Below are positions 1-9,041 of a DNA stretch of 64,000 bases, in pieces. Source of the stretch: a virus (lineage: Duplodnaviria; Caudoviricetes). The number at the start of each line of letters is the position of its first letter. Position 1 is the first letter of the stretch. The notes under the pieces were generated by a model. It was not told the DNA's origin. It worked only from the letters and a program-made list of their open reading frames with translations, and did not search any database. The stretch lies in the IMG/VR virus record IMGVR_UViG_3300032007_000001; one strand, given 5' to 3'. The position numbers and the translations under genes are program-made.

Positions 1-88
1 TTCAATTCTTATTGATGGTGTAAAATCCGGAAAGGTATTTTCTATTTTTCTTAACAAGTCAAAAACATTTATTGATGAAATAACGATA

Positions 89-301
89 GTGTCACATGGA
101 GAATTTGATATTGACGCGTTAGTCAATCATATATTGAATGTTTTTGATATTCAAAACAATAAAAATTTGGAAGACGAACCATTATTTGAAAATGAAAAAA
201 GGTATATAGATGTTTCTTATATGAGAGAATGTTTTGATGGATTATATCATAATATATATACATTAACAACATTAAGGAAAGGAAGAGAAATATGCCTGTA
301 G
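89..301 (+). CDS. hypothetical protein
   Basis: 70-aa ORF overlapping the start of the next gene; no recognisable motif. Confidence 0.5.
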   Translation: MSHGEFDIDALVNHILNVFDIQNNKNLEDEPLFENEKRYIDVSYMRECFDGLYHNIYTLTTLRKGREICL

Positions 302-843
302 TACAAGATACAATGAATATGATAGATAAAATTCTATCATCAGACAAACAAATCAATATGGTGGAAATGGTAGAGAATCTTACAAAAGATGCTGAAGACA
401 AGGAAGTCATGAAAGAATTAATGTGCTATTTTTTATTAGGATGTTTGAAAAAGAAGTTATCTTCCAATATAAGAGAAGATATAGTGAATAGTGTTGTAAA
501 TGATATATCAGACCCCAAAGATGCAAAAGAAAAAGCAGAAGCAATACAAGAATTCATATATAATAAGGAAGACTTTGTAGAAACATTAAAGAAGTTGAAG
601 AATGTAATAGATAACTCAAATAATTATACCAATGACAATGTGTTTGAAAAAGAATGCAATGATATAAATGAATTGATAAAACATAAACAATATATAAAAG
701 CATTGGATTCTATATATAAATTCTATCCACAAATAAAGACTCTTGTAGAAAACGATTCAATAAATAAAACAACAGCAGTATCATTGGATAATACAATTAA
801 TCAATTGGCAGATTTCTCATATATAAAGAAAGTAAAGGCTTGA
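292..843 (+). CDS. hypothetical helical protein
   Basis: 183-aa ORF with purine-rich RBS, followed by a hairpin and T-tract (~835-860). Confidence 0.7.
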   Translation: MPVVQDTMNMIDKILSSDKQINMVEMVENLTKDAEDKEVMKELMCYFLLGCLKKKLSSNIREDIVNSVVNDISDPKDAKEKAEAIQEFIYNKEDFVETLKKLKNVIDNSNNYTNDNVFEKECNDINELIKHKQYIKALDSIYKFYPQIKTLVENDSINKTTAVSLDNTINQLADFSYIKKVKA

Positions 844-886
844 GTGTTCAGGCCTTTTTATTTTGAAAATTTTTGTAAAAAAGGTA

Positions 887-915
887 TTTACAATTTCGAA
901 TTTCTGTGGTATAAT
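887..915 (+). promoter_or_regulatory. sigma70/sigmaA-type promoter for the tRNA-like gene
   Basis: TTTACA (887-892), 17 bp spacer, TG-G-TATAAT (910-915), A-rich UP element. Confidence 0.75.
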
Positions 916-932
916 TAAATCGTGGTTGAGGT

Positions 933-1007
933 CCGGATATGGTTCAATGGTAGAATGTGTGTTCGTATGAATGCGAGATATGTGTTCGATTCACATTATT
1001 CGGACCA
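933..1007 (+). tRNA. atypical tRNA (identity undetermined; 8-nt anticodon loop containing GTA)
   Basis: Acceptor stem CCGGATA/TATTCGG, discriminator A, encoded CCA; D arm GTTC-AATGGTA-GAAT; T arm ATGTG-TTCGATT-CACAT; anticodon loop TCGTATGA is non-canonical. Confidence 0.75.
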
Positions 1008-1040
1008 AATAAAAAAAATTAAAAAAATTGCAAAAAGGTA

Positions 1041-1069
1041 TTTACAAACTTGGAAATTTATGATATAAT
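1041..1069 (+). promoter_or_regulatory. sigma70/sigmaA-type promoter for the large ncRNA
   Basis: TTTACA, 17 bp, TG-A-TATAAT; shares AAAAAGGTATTTACAA with the tRNA promoter. Confidence 0.75.
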
Positions 1070-1075
1070 CTAATC

Positions 1076-2105
1076 ACAGTCAAAGAACAAACAAACATAA
1101 ACCAAACCAATGAAATGTATTTGAAGGAGGTGTTCATCTTCTAAAGAGTGAACATTCGAAAAATCTAAAATTGAAATCAGCAAAAAAGAAAGAGAGAAAA
1201 GTAAAATGAAGAACATGGAGTACGGAAAGCACGCCGGGCGGTTTGAGACCGCTTAATCTCTAAAAAATTTAAATTAAAAAATTAAAGGGAATTGCTACCC
1301 TGATGAGTTATCGGATGCCGCGAATAAACCTGGCGCAACACGTCAATGGTATCGCGGTCGGCAATCCAGGACCACCGAAGCAAAATCTAAAAAGGATAAA
1401 TAGTAAAAATGCGACGATGTAAAAAGAACTCCTGAGACGATAACAGGACATAAACATCTGAAAAAACATTAGAATAAATATAATTTGAAAAAGAGCCGGC
1501 CGGTCCATCGAAGGCCCGACCGGCCACAGCGGGGGAGATTCCCCGGATAATAGCGGCGGACATGCCAACGTGCGCAACAGCCGCAAAGACCGCACCATGA
1601 AGAGTGCAAAACAGAAGCCAAACTATACATGCTTCGGAAAGGAACACATATCGATGGCTAAAATCGACTACGGTTAGGTACTTTAACTACTAATAAATTG
1701 AAAAATTTAGCGAGACGCCGAATTTGCCAATGGCCGCATTTGGCTAGAACGACTAGCAACTTGGCCCGAAGATATGGCAAAAGCGAAACGACAAGGAAGA
1801 AGTCATAAAAACCGTACACCTAACCGCCGGGGAGAATTGCAAAAGTGGTTGCAAACATTTTTGCATGGCTTAAGAGAACGCAATCCTGTTATTTTTGGTG
1901 TTAGACAGGAAATGCATCTAGTGCGGAAGATTGAAGGTGATGGAGCAGCCTTCACATTGGTGAACGCCATAAAGAAAATCCCAATGGTAAGTCTCCCAAG
2001 TCCGAAGCGTGGTTCTCAGTGGGAACGCATAGCTCGGCAAGCGCGGCCTTGCTAAGAGCGGTCGCGGAATATGAAAAAAACCGACGGATTAATCTCCGTC
2101 GGTTT
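1076..2105 (+). ncRNA. putative large structured non-coding RNA (~1 kb; GOLLD/ROOL-like context, family not assigned)
   Basis: GC-rich island with no credible ORF, many GC-rich hairpins linked by A-rich stretches, own promoter and terminal hairpin, adjacent to a tRNA; boundaries approximate. Confidence 0.6.
2078..2105. terminator. bidirectional intrinsic terminator
   Basis: AAACCGACGGA-ttaatc-TCCGTCGGTTT between convergent transcription units. Confidence 0.75.
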
Positions 2106-2322
2106 CGTATTTTCTGAGTCTTTTGAATTTTGTACGGTAATTCCCACTTTTTATATATTTAGTAAGTAATACTTCAAATGGTGGATTTTCATCATCTTCT
2201 TCCACCGTTTCTTTTTCTTTAGGTGTATTCCAATCATATTGTCTTACATAATTATCATATCTCATATATGGTGATACTGGCATAATTGGCGATATGTCTG
2301 ATTCTTTAATTATCTCATCCAT
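2089..2322 (-). CDS. hypothetical protein
   Basis: 77-aa ORF with AAGGAG RBS. Confidence 0.6.
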   Translation of the reverse strand: MDEIIKESDISPIMPVSPYMRYDNYVRQYDWNTPKEKETVEEDDENPPFEVLLTKYIKSGNYRTKFKRLRKYETDGD

Positions 2323-2347
2323 TTTTTTACTCCTTCCTATTTACATT

Positions 2348-2713
2348 TCATTCATTCTGTGGTATAATTTCATTGTCGGAATTATCTTCCGATTCATTTT
2401 CTGATTCTAAATCTTCTTTGAATTTCTTAAAAACATTTGCCCAACCAGATATAAACATACTCATATTGGAAAAATCATATTCCAATTTATTATCACTGTC
2501 TTTTTGTGTAATGAGCATATGTAATTTTTGGTTATTGTCTACAGGCAAAATATTGTTACTTACACCTGAATTTATGATAAGTTCAAAGTCTCCATCTTGT
2601 TTATAGTAAGAATCGAAATTATTGACAGTTTTTGCAATGAACCCATAACTTTCCATATAACTTTTTATATCCGGATTTTCATTAAAAGCAAATTTTCTTA
2701 TAAGATGTTTCAT
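2348..2713 (-). CDS. hypothetical acidic protein with basic N-terminal leader (MKHLIRKFA)
   Basis: 121-aa ORF with GGGAGTG RBS. Confidence 0.7.
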   Translation of the reverse strand: MKHLIRKFAFNENPDIKSYMESYGFIAKTVNNFDSYYKQDGDFELIINSGVSNNILPVDNNQKLHMLITQKDSDNKLEYDFSNMSMFISGWANVFKKFKEDLESENESEDNSDNEIIPQNE

Positions 2714-2757
2714 GAATTTTCACTCCCAATTATTGAATAGAATTGGAGGTATAAATA

Positions 2758-3909
2758 ATGTATAATAATGAAGAACTTATGGAAATTTTTGAAGAAAATA
2801 TTTACGTTGCAAAAATTATGGCACAAGAAAAAATTATCGAGTGCTTAAAAAATAATCAATTGAACAAAAATAATGATTTCAAGATGCATTTTGAAATTGG
2901 CAATTTGCATTTTTTTGTGTATGATGTGTCCCGCAGCAGCGTCGCTCAATTTAACGATATTTCAAGAACGTATACTGAAATCCTCGAATGCATGGAAAAC
3001 AATACTTATGTTATTTCAATCGACATTTATGATATGGAAACAATGAAAATGAGCGTTGTAAACACATTGTTTCTTGTACAATATAAAGATACTTATGTTG
3101 GAACGTATTTCAATTGGGAAAATGCATACTCGTCACTTTCTGTTTGGAAAACCAATTATCTTTGTTCAGAAACGCATTTGATGCTAAAAGAATTTGATAA
3201 CGGAATACATTATGGTTTACATTCGCGCTATTTTGTGAAAGAATATGAAACTTTCAAATTTGTAATTGAATCTTCAAATACGTCAGATGGTGTAATTCCT
3301 AATTATAGTTTTAGGTATTATATCGTATTCCCATATTTCAATATCATTATCAACCGTAACGAAATTTTGGAAATGCTTAATTTTGATGATGAGATTTGCG
3401 ATTTGATTAGAAGTCTTTATATGCCAATCGAAGATTTGTCAAAAGAACAAAAGAAAAACATTGTCAATTTTCTTGGAAGAACTGTAAATATTCTATTTAA
3501 TCCGCTTGCATCTTTTAAGAGAATTTCAGTACATGTACATAGTGTATTTGACAATTGTTTTGTTTTGAAAAATAAAGATAATGAATCAAATGAAACGATA
3601 AAAGAAAAACATAAATTGTTTAGCAATATGATTTTGAGAAAAGCACAAGGCATGAAAAAATGTAATGTAGATGAACTCAAAAGGCAGAATCCGATTATGT
3701 CTTCTTATAATGTAATTGATTTTGATATTGGAGGTGTTATAGAGGATAATAAGGAAAATAAAGAATTTATGTATGTAAAAACTAGACTTGGGAATATAGC
3801 ATTTAGTTGTTATGAAAATGTTTTTCAACGTCACAAGAAGATTATAGAAGACAAATACGAAAAATTCAAATATACACAAAAAAAGTTGAATAGCAAAAAT
3901 TTTAATTGA
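2758..3909 (+). CDS. hypothetical protein
   Basis: 383-aa ORF with GGAGGT RBS; no motif recognised. Confidence 0.75.
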   Translation: MYNNEELMEIFEENIYVAKIMAQEKIIECLKNNQLNKNNDFKMHFEIGNLHFFVYDVSRSSVAQFNDISRTYTEILECMENNTYVISIDIYDMETMKMSVVNTLFLVQYKDTYVGTYFNWENAYSSLSVWKTNYLCSETHLMLKEFDNGIHYGLHSRYFVKEYETFKFVIESSNTSDGVIPNYSFRYYIVFPYFNIIINRNEILEMLNFDDEICDLIRSLYMPIEDLSKEQKKNIVNFLGRTVNILFNPLASFKRISVHVHSVFDNCFVLKNKDNESNETIKEKHKLFSNMILRKAQGMKKCNVDELKRQNPIMSSYNVIDFDIGGVIEDNKENKEFMYVKTRLGNIAFSCYENVFQRHKKIIEDKYEKFKYTQKKLNSKNFN

Positions 3910-4100
3910 ATAGTTTATTTGACTTATTTGATAATTAAAAAAGTTTTATTCACAATTCAAGTTTGTATAACAAATCTTATATTTACAAACTTGAATTTTT
4001 TATTTATTATAATTACAAAACAAGCACAGTGCACGGTGCTTGGTGGGGAAAAGAAAAAATGAATGGAATATATGAAAGTCGTTAAAGGAGGAAGTTCCAA

Positions 4101-4568
4101 ATGATTACAAAAGAAGACCTCGGCAAGTATGTCGAATCTGGAAAACACGGGGTTACTAAGCATCAGTTGATTCCGGCCGTTATCGCTCACATTAAAAACA
4201 AAGATGTTATCAATGCTTTGCATAAGACGTATCCCAATACATTCAAATCTGCATTCAGGTATTTCAAGAAAAATATGAAAGCTGAAATCATCAAAGTTCT
4301 TGGTACTGACCCGAGCAAAACATCGGCAGAGGAATTGGCTTTGATTCAAGAACTGAAGCCGAATCGTAAGGGGGTGTCAATGCATCAGATTATTGATTTT
4401 GTCGAAACCAATGTTGCGAATAGCAAATTCGATAAGATTATTTTGGTGCAGAAGCATTTCCCCGAGTATTACAAGAGAGCTCAGCGATATATGAAGCGTC
4501 AAACACAGGATAAGATTAAGGCATTTTCTGCGGCTAAGAAAGCGACAAAGATGGCGAAAAAAGCGTAA
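4101..4568 (+). CDS. basic protein with internal duplication and Ala/Lys tail (putative DNA-binding)
   Basis: AAAGGAGG RBS; two similar units GVxxHQ...HxxYP/FP...RYxK; C-terminus AAKKATKMAKKA. Confidence 0.75.
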   Translation: MITKEDLGKYVESGKHGVTKHQLIPAVIAHIKNKDVINALHKTYPNTFKSAFRYFKKNMKAEIIKVLGTDPSKTSAEELALIQELKPNRKGVSMHQIIDFVETNVANSKFDKIILVQKHFPEYYKRAQRYMKRQTQDKIKAFSAAKKATKMAKKA

Positions 4569-4581
4569 ATCCAATTAAAAA

Positions 4582-4608
4582 CAAGAGCGGCTAATTGGCC
4601 GCTCTTTT
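4582..4608 (+). terminator. intrinsic terminator
   Basis: AAGAGCGGC-taattg-GCCGCTCTT followed by T-tract. Confidence 0.8.
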
Positions 4609-4649
4609 GTTTTGTGAAAATTAAAATTTTGTATATCGCCTAAAATAAT

Positions 4650-5054
4650 ATGGGTGATATTATGGTAGAAGGCGAAGAAAATTTATTTCATATTTATGGG
4701 ATAAAAAATGATTTAACAAATAAATTTTTTTATATTGGTTGTACGACACAAGAATTACATAGAAGATTATATCAACATGCAAATGATTCTAAGAGCGCTG
4801 CATATGATAAAATTCAAGAAATAGGAGAATGCAATGTTTCTATTGTATTACTAAAAGACTATTATGGTATGATAGAAGAGGCGCATTTTATTGAAGGAGA
4901 ATATACGAAACTTTATAACGAAGATAATGAATTATTTAATAAAAAATTTGGAGACGTTTACTTTGAAGGCTTTAAGACAAAAATAAGAAAGCCTAAAAAG
5001 AATAGTCATGGAATCGATGTTTTACTGAAATACGCAAATCAAAAGCAGGCATAA
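4650..5054 (+). CDS. GIY-YIG nuclease family protein
   Basis: HIYGIKN...FYIGCT...RRLYQH...E motif. Confidence 0.75.
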   Translation: MGDIMVEGEENLFHIYGIKNDLTNKFFYIGCTTQELHRRLYQHANDSKSAAYDKIQEIGECNVSIVLLKDYYGMIEEAHFIEGEYTKLYNEDNELFNKKFGDVYFEGFKTKIRKPKKNSHGIDVLLKYANQKQA

Positions 5055-5161
5055 CGCCTGCTTTTAATATTTAATCATAATATAACATATCATCACCAAA
5101 ATTATGTTTAATTCTATTTAATAAAAAGTTTTGTATTTTTTAATTAAGAAGGTGAAATATT

Positions 5162-5788
5162 TTGTTAAATAAATTAAAAAAATTAATCATAAAAACAAGT
5201 AACTTAATTAAAAAGAGAATTATAAAGTCTGAACTTAAAAAATTAGCAGAATTTATAGAAGACTTAAAGAAAGAAACAATGTTGCAACAATATTTTGTAA
5301 CGAAAGAAGATTATGAAAAAGAAAAACAAGATGTTTTAGATAAAGGAAAACCTTTTTATGAAGAACAACTTCCTAATTGGTACGAAATAACGTCAATTGT
5401 TGAAACATTATATATGTATCAATTACCTCCAAATGGAATTAATAATGTGTTATTAGCCAGATGTTATGTAGTGGAATTAAGAAATAAAGGAATAAATGAA
5501 CCAGTTTGTATAGCCGGTTTGTATGAAATAGATAAAAATGATAATATTACTAATAATTTAATTGGTACTAAGATTTTTAAGAATATGGATTTAGTTAATA
5601 CGGTTAATGAAATAATAAAAACAGGTATGGTTGGAAAAGGTAGAATTTATATAACAAATAAAGAAATTTATAAAAATTTTAAGGTATTTAGGGAATATAT
5701 AAAAGAACAAATAGATAATAGAAATAAAAACATAATTATAAAAAATCCAAAAACTATTTACAAAACGATAAAAATGTGGTATAATTAA
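5162..5788 (+). CDS. hypothetical protein
   Basis: 208-aa ORF with AAGGTG RBS. Confidence 0.65.
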   Translation: MLNKLKKLIIKTSNLIKKRIIKSELKKLAEFIEDLKKETMLQQYFVTKEDYEKEKQDVLDKGKPFYEEQLPNWYEITSIVETLYMYQLPPNGINNVLLARCYVVELRNKGINEPVCIAGLYEIDKNDNITNNLIGTKIFKNMDLVNTVNEIIKTGMVGKGRIYITNKEIYKNFKVFREYIKEQIDNRNKNIIIKNPKTIYKTIKMWYN

Positions 5789-5796
5789 TACGAGAG

Positions 5797-6219
5797 GTGA
5801 TAAATATGAATAATGCTCTCGTAAAAGAAATAAATAAAATGAAAAAGGCTTTGGAAAAATTTATCTATAAAAAAGCTAAAATTTGTTTATATTTTACTCA
5901 TAATGATGGTGAAATAGCACACCGTATGCCGTTTTCATTCGGAATATGTAATAAATATGGTGCAAAATTCGAGTATAGAATGCACTATATGGAAGATTAT
6001 GACTTTAATATAGAATTTTCCAGTTATCAATCTGACCATTATGAAATAAAAATAGACCAAAGTCAATTGCTTTCAAAACATTATGTAAAAATAGAAATCT
6101 ATTTCATGGATGAAATAGAAGATACAAAGACTTTTTATGAAGTATTTGATACATGGTGTGAAAAATTTGAAAAATACAAAAAATATGAAGGCCCAATTCA
6201 ATTAGATATAGAATATTAA
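5797..6219 (+). CDS. hypothetical protein
   Basis: 140-aa ORF followed by a terminator hairpin (~6227-6256). Confidence 0.65.
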   Translation: MINMNNALVKEINKMKKALEKFIYKKAKICLYFTHNDGEIAHRMPFSFGICNKYGAKFEYRMHYMEDYDFNIEFSSYQSDHYEIKIDQSQLLSKHYVKIEIYFMDEIEDTKTFYEVFDTWCEKFEKYKKYEGPIQLDIEY

Positions 6220-6280
6220 AATGCTCAAAGAGATGGATGAAAATTCATCTCTTTTTAATTTACGAAATTGTCTGATTCTA

Positions 6281-6309
6281 TTTACAAAATAAAATTTTTA
6301 TGATAAAAT
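6281..6309 (+). promoter_or_regulatory. sigma70-type promoter for the first GL-tail gene array
   Basis: TTTACA, 17 bp, TG-A-TAAAAT. Confidence 0.7.
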
Positions 6310-6340
6310 TAAACAAAAATCAATTTGTAAAGGTATAAAC

Positions 6341-6694
6341 ATGTTATATAAAATATACGAATACAAAAGCAGAACAAACAATTATAGAAATTATGTTTTC
6401 AAAACAATGATAGATGATTATTTTGTTGTCTTAAAATTTGTTATTCAAGATAATCATTTTATATTAGAATTTACAGTTGATAAAGAAGTTGATTGGGATA
6501 CGTTATGCGTTTGTTCCACAGATATTCAGTATTATAAATCATGGAAAAATGTTATCAAATTGAAAAAACAAAAAATAGATATAAATGACTTCAATGGTTC
6601 ACATAAAATTTTGATGTCTGAAAGAAGAATACAAACATGCGAAGATATCATTAATTTTGCTTTCAAAAAAATGTTTATATTTTTTGGTTTATAG
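6341..6694 (+). CDS. hypothetical protein, C-terminal GL-tail family
   Basis: ends ...IFFGL*. Confidence 0.7.
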   Translation: MLYKIYEYKSRTNNYRNYVFKTMIDDYFVVLKFVIQDNHFILEFTVDKEVDWDTLCVCSTDIQYYKSWKNVIKLKKQKIDINDFNGSHKILMSERRIQTCEDIINFAFKKMFIFFGL

Positions 6695-6703
6695 AAGGTA
6701 TTT

Positions 6704-6961
6704 ATGTTCATAAGAGATATCAACGAAAATTCATTTCCGTTTGAAATCAGTTATGACACGTATATGATGAATGGTTGGTTCATTGTCTCTTATAGTAAGA
6801 AAAATGGTAAAATCATTAAATATCATTTTTTGAAAGAGAAATATTTAATTAACGATGAAAATAATGTAAATAATATTCTTAATTTAATTGCTGGTAAAGA
6901 CATGAAAAAGCATTGTCTAGAAAAATTTAATAAGGAAATTATAAAAAATTTTGGTTTGTAG
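6704..6961 (+). CDS. hypothetical protein, C-terminal GL-tail family
   Basis: ends ...KNFGL*. Confidence 0.7.
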   Translation: MFIRDINENSFPFEISYDTYMMNGWFIVSYSKKNGKIIKYHFLKEKYLINDENNVNNILNLIAGKDMKKHCLEKFNKEIIKNFGL

Positions 6962-6963
6962 TT

Positions 6964-7263
6964 ATGAAAACTAATGTTAAACGTAAAAAAATGTTATATA
7001 CAAAAACGTACAGAGAAATCTTTATTGAGAAATTTGGAGAAATTGAGGTATCTTATTGTTTATTTCCAAAATTTAGCATTTTTAAGGTGAAAAAAGGAAA
7101 ACTTGTAGCTACTACAAATATGGTAGAAGATGCTTTCATGGAAAAAGATATTCTTTTAGCAGAAGATTTTGATAGTGAATATTTAACGATAAGTCAATTA
7201 AGAAAAATGAAGAAATATATGAATGTATTTGTTGAACATTTGGCAATATTTTTTGGATTGTAA
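6964..7263 (+). CDS. hypothetical protein, C-terminal GL-tail family
   Basis: ends ...IFFGL*. Confidence 0.7.
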   Translation: MKTNVKRKKMLYTKTYREIFIEKFGEIEVSYCLFPKFSIFKVKKGKLVATTNMVEDAFMEKDILLAEDFDSEYLTISQLRKMKKYMNVFVEHLAIFFGL

Positions 7264-7277
7264 ATGGAGGATTAACG

Positions 7278-7697
7278 ATGAATGTTTTGAGGAAAACGTA
7301 TTTTTCTGGTGCAATAAAAGATTTGTCATTAATGAAATCAAAAATCTATTGTTCGTTACTTCCAAAAAATACAAAAAAATATTTCAATCATGATTTTAAG
7401 GCTGCATGCAAAGCTTATTCTAAAAATAATAAATACGTAAGTTCATTTACTGGAATTTATTCAAATGATAAAACTGATATTTTGCATGTAGTTATTGAAA
7501 GTAATGACAATACAGTTACTTCTTTTTATGTTATGTATGATATGAAAGAGATGAAAGAAAAACAAATTGACATTAATAAAATCATCAATAAAAGTGATGA
7601 TTTTTCTTTGACTATGATTAAGTTATACAACATTCATTTGTATAATATAAAACGCCTTGCGAAGAAAGAGAAAAAAGATGGATTTTACAAAAAGTAA
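7278..7697 (+). CDS. hypothetical protein
   Basis: 139-aa ORF with GGAGG RBS, inside the array but lacking the GL tail. Confidence 0.65.
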   Translation: MNVLRKTYFSGAIKDLSLMKSKIYCSLLPKNTKKYFNHDFKAACKAYSKNNKYVSSFTGIYSNDKTDILHVVIESNDNTVTSFYVMYDMKEMKEKQIDINKIINKSDDFSLTMIKLYNIHLYNIKRLAKKEKKDGFYKK

Positions 7698-8001
7698 AAA
7701 CGAATTTGTTTTTATTAAGCAAACAATTGATAGATATATTGTTGTGAAATTCAATTTAATGCGCAATAATGTTTATGTCAATTTATATGTTGATAAAGAT
7801 GAAAATATTTCTTTCGCATATGGACATTCACCGATTGCTCATTTTTTTAAGGTTTTGGAATATACAGAATGGCTTTCATATTTGGAAATTTCAACGTTTG
7901 CAAATAGGTCAAGAAAGAAGCAATCAAAATTCGTTATGGATTACTATAATGACATTTTGAACGAAGCGGTTAAAGAATTGTATATTTATTGGGGATTATG
8001 A
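7657..8001 (+). CDS. hypothetical protein, C-terminal GL-tail family
   Basis: ends ...IYWGL*; likely start ATG 7678. Confidence 0.7.
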   Translation: MRRKRKKMDFTKSKNEFVFIKQTIDRYIVVKFNLMRNNVYVNLYVDKDENISFAYGHSPIAHFFKVLEYTEWLSYLEISTFANRSRKKQSKFVMDYYNDILNEAVKELYIYWGL

Positions 8002-8025
8002 AATGCAAAAAATTATCAGTATATT

Positions 8026-8367
8026 TTGGGCTGTGATAAAATGCTTGTAAATGATAATTTCATAAAAATAGATTTTGAGATAATTTATGGTTTGGGGTCA
8101 ATGCCGTGTTTGGTCTTGCTTGCAAAAATAGAGTATGATAATCAATTTTTTAATTTGATTGTAAATCATACATCTGATGGATGTTATGTAACGTTTAATT
8201 CCAATAAATGCATGCATCATTTTACAATCAACGAATCTGCTCATCTTATGACAATAACAGATAATGACATCAATACGTTAAGAAGAAAAAATATGCCAGC
8301 TGCACAATCGTTGTTTTTATATAATTATGTATTTGAATGTTGTCTAATGAAATGTTTGGGGTTATGA
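8026..8367 (+). CDS. hypothetical protein, C-terminal GL-tail family
   Basis: ends ...KCLGL*. Confidence 0.7.
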   Translation: MGCDKMLVNDNFIKIDFEIIYGLGSMPCLVLLAKIEYDNQFFNLIVNHTSDGCYVTFNSNKCMHHFTINESAHLMTITDNDINTLRRKNMPAAQSLFLYNYVFECCLMKCLGL

Positions 8368-8672
8368 ATATGAAAAAAATAAAAGCAATTAATGGAATGT
8401 TGTTTAAGTATATTAAAAAAATAAATGGAGAAAGATTCGAAGTTTTAATGCACGTATATAATACATTTATTGATGTTAAATTGGCAAAAATAACTTACAA
8501 TCTAAGACCATATACTGTGTTTGTATCAAAACCTGGCATAAAAGCAATCAATAGGAAAAATAAATTTGATGATATTTTTTCTTGCGCACATGCTGATAGG
8601 CGTTATGAAAAAGAATTTAGATTGCTATATGAATGTTTTTTGGACCATTTTGAATTAACGTTTGGATTGTAA
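8337..8672 (+). CDS. hypothetical protein, GL-tail family (paralogue of 8673..8993)
   Basis: ends ...LYECFLDHFELTFGL*. Confidence 0.7.
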   Translation: MLSNEMFGVMNMKKIKAINGMLFKYIKKINGERFEVLMHVYNTFIDVKLAKITYNLRPYTVFVSKPGIKAINRKNKFDDIFSCAHADRRYEKEFRLLYECFLDHFELTFGL

Positions 8673-8993
8673 TTGGAGTTAAAAATGAAAAAAAGATTTT
8701 TTAACGGTAATATTATTTTTTATTTTATGAAAGAAATCAATGGGCAAACATTTTTAGCTACTCTTCGTGTCAATCCAATAAATAACTTCAATAGTGATTT
8801 AAGTTTAGCAATCATATATGACAATAAAAAAGATACGCATTACATGTCAAAATTATGTACAAATGAAATCAATAGAAAAAAGAAATTTAATGATTTTTTA
8901 TCGTGTGTTTATACGAATGAATTTTACGAAAATGAATTTAAGATATTGTATGAATATTTTTTGGACGATTTTGAATTGACGTTTGGATTATAA
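8673..8993 (+). CDS. hypothetical protein, GL-tail family (paralogue of 8337..8672)
   Basis: ends ...LYEYFLDDFELTFGL*. Confidence 0.7.
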   Translation: MELKMKKRFFNGNIIFYFMKEINGQTFLATLRVNPINNFNSDLSLAIIYDNKKDTHYMSKLCTNEINRKKKFNDFLSCVYTNEFYENEFKILYEYFLDDFELTFGL

Positions 8994-8999
8994 AAACTA

Positions 9000-9028
9000 T
9001 TTACATTTTTTGATTTTCGTGGTATAAT
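9000..9028 (+). promoter_or_regulatory. sigma70-type promoter
   Basis: TTTACA, 17 bp, TG-G-TATAAT. Confidence 0.7.
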
Positions 9029-9041
9029 TATTGCAGAAAGG

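Noticed and set aside
1595-1810. RNase P, tmRNA or group II intron identity for the large RNA (AGTGCAAAACAGAAG resembles an RNase P segment)
   Set aside because: The P4 signatures GAGGAAAGUCC and terminal CGGCUUA, tmRNA tRNA-like ends and a group II domain V were not found.
1308-2055. ORFs 1308..1598(-), 1387..1647(-) and 1774..2055(+) as proteins
   Set aside because: No good RBS and atypical composition; better explained as chance ORFs in a GC-rich structured RNA.
3926-3947. ~22-bp match ATTTGATAATTAAAAAAGTTTT to ~45418-45440 as an operator
   Set aside because: Almost entirely A/T, only two copies, and inconsistent orientation relative to the genes.
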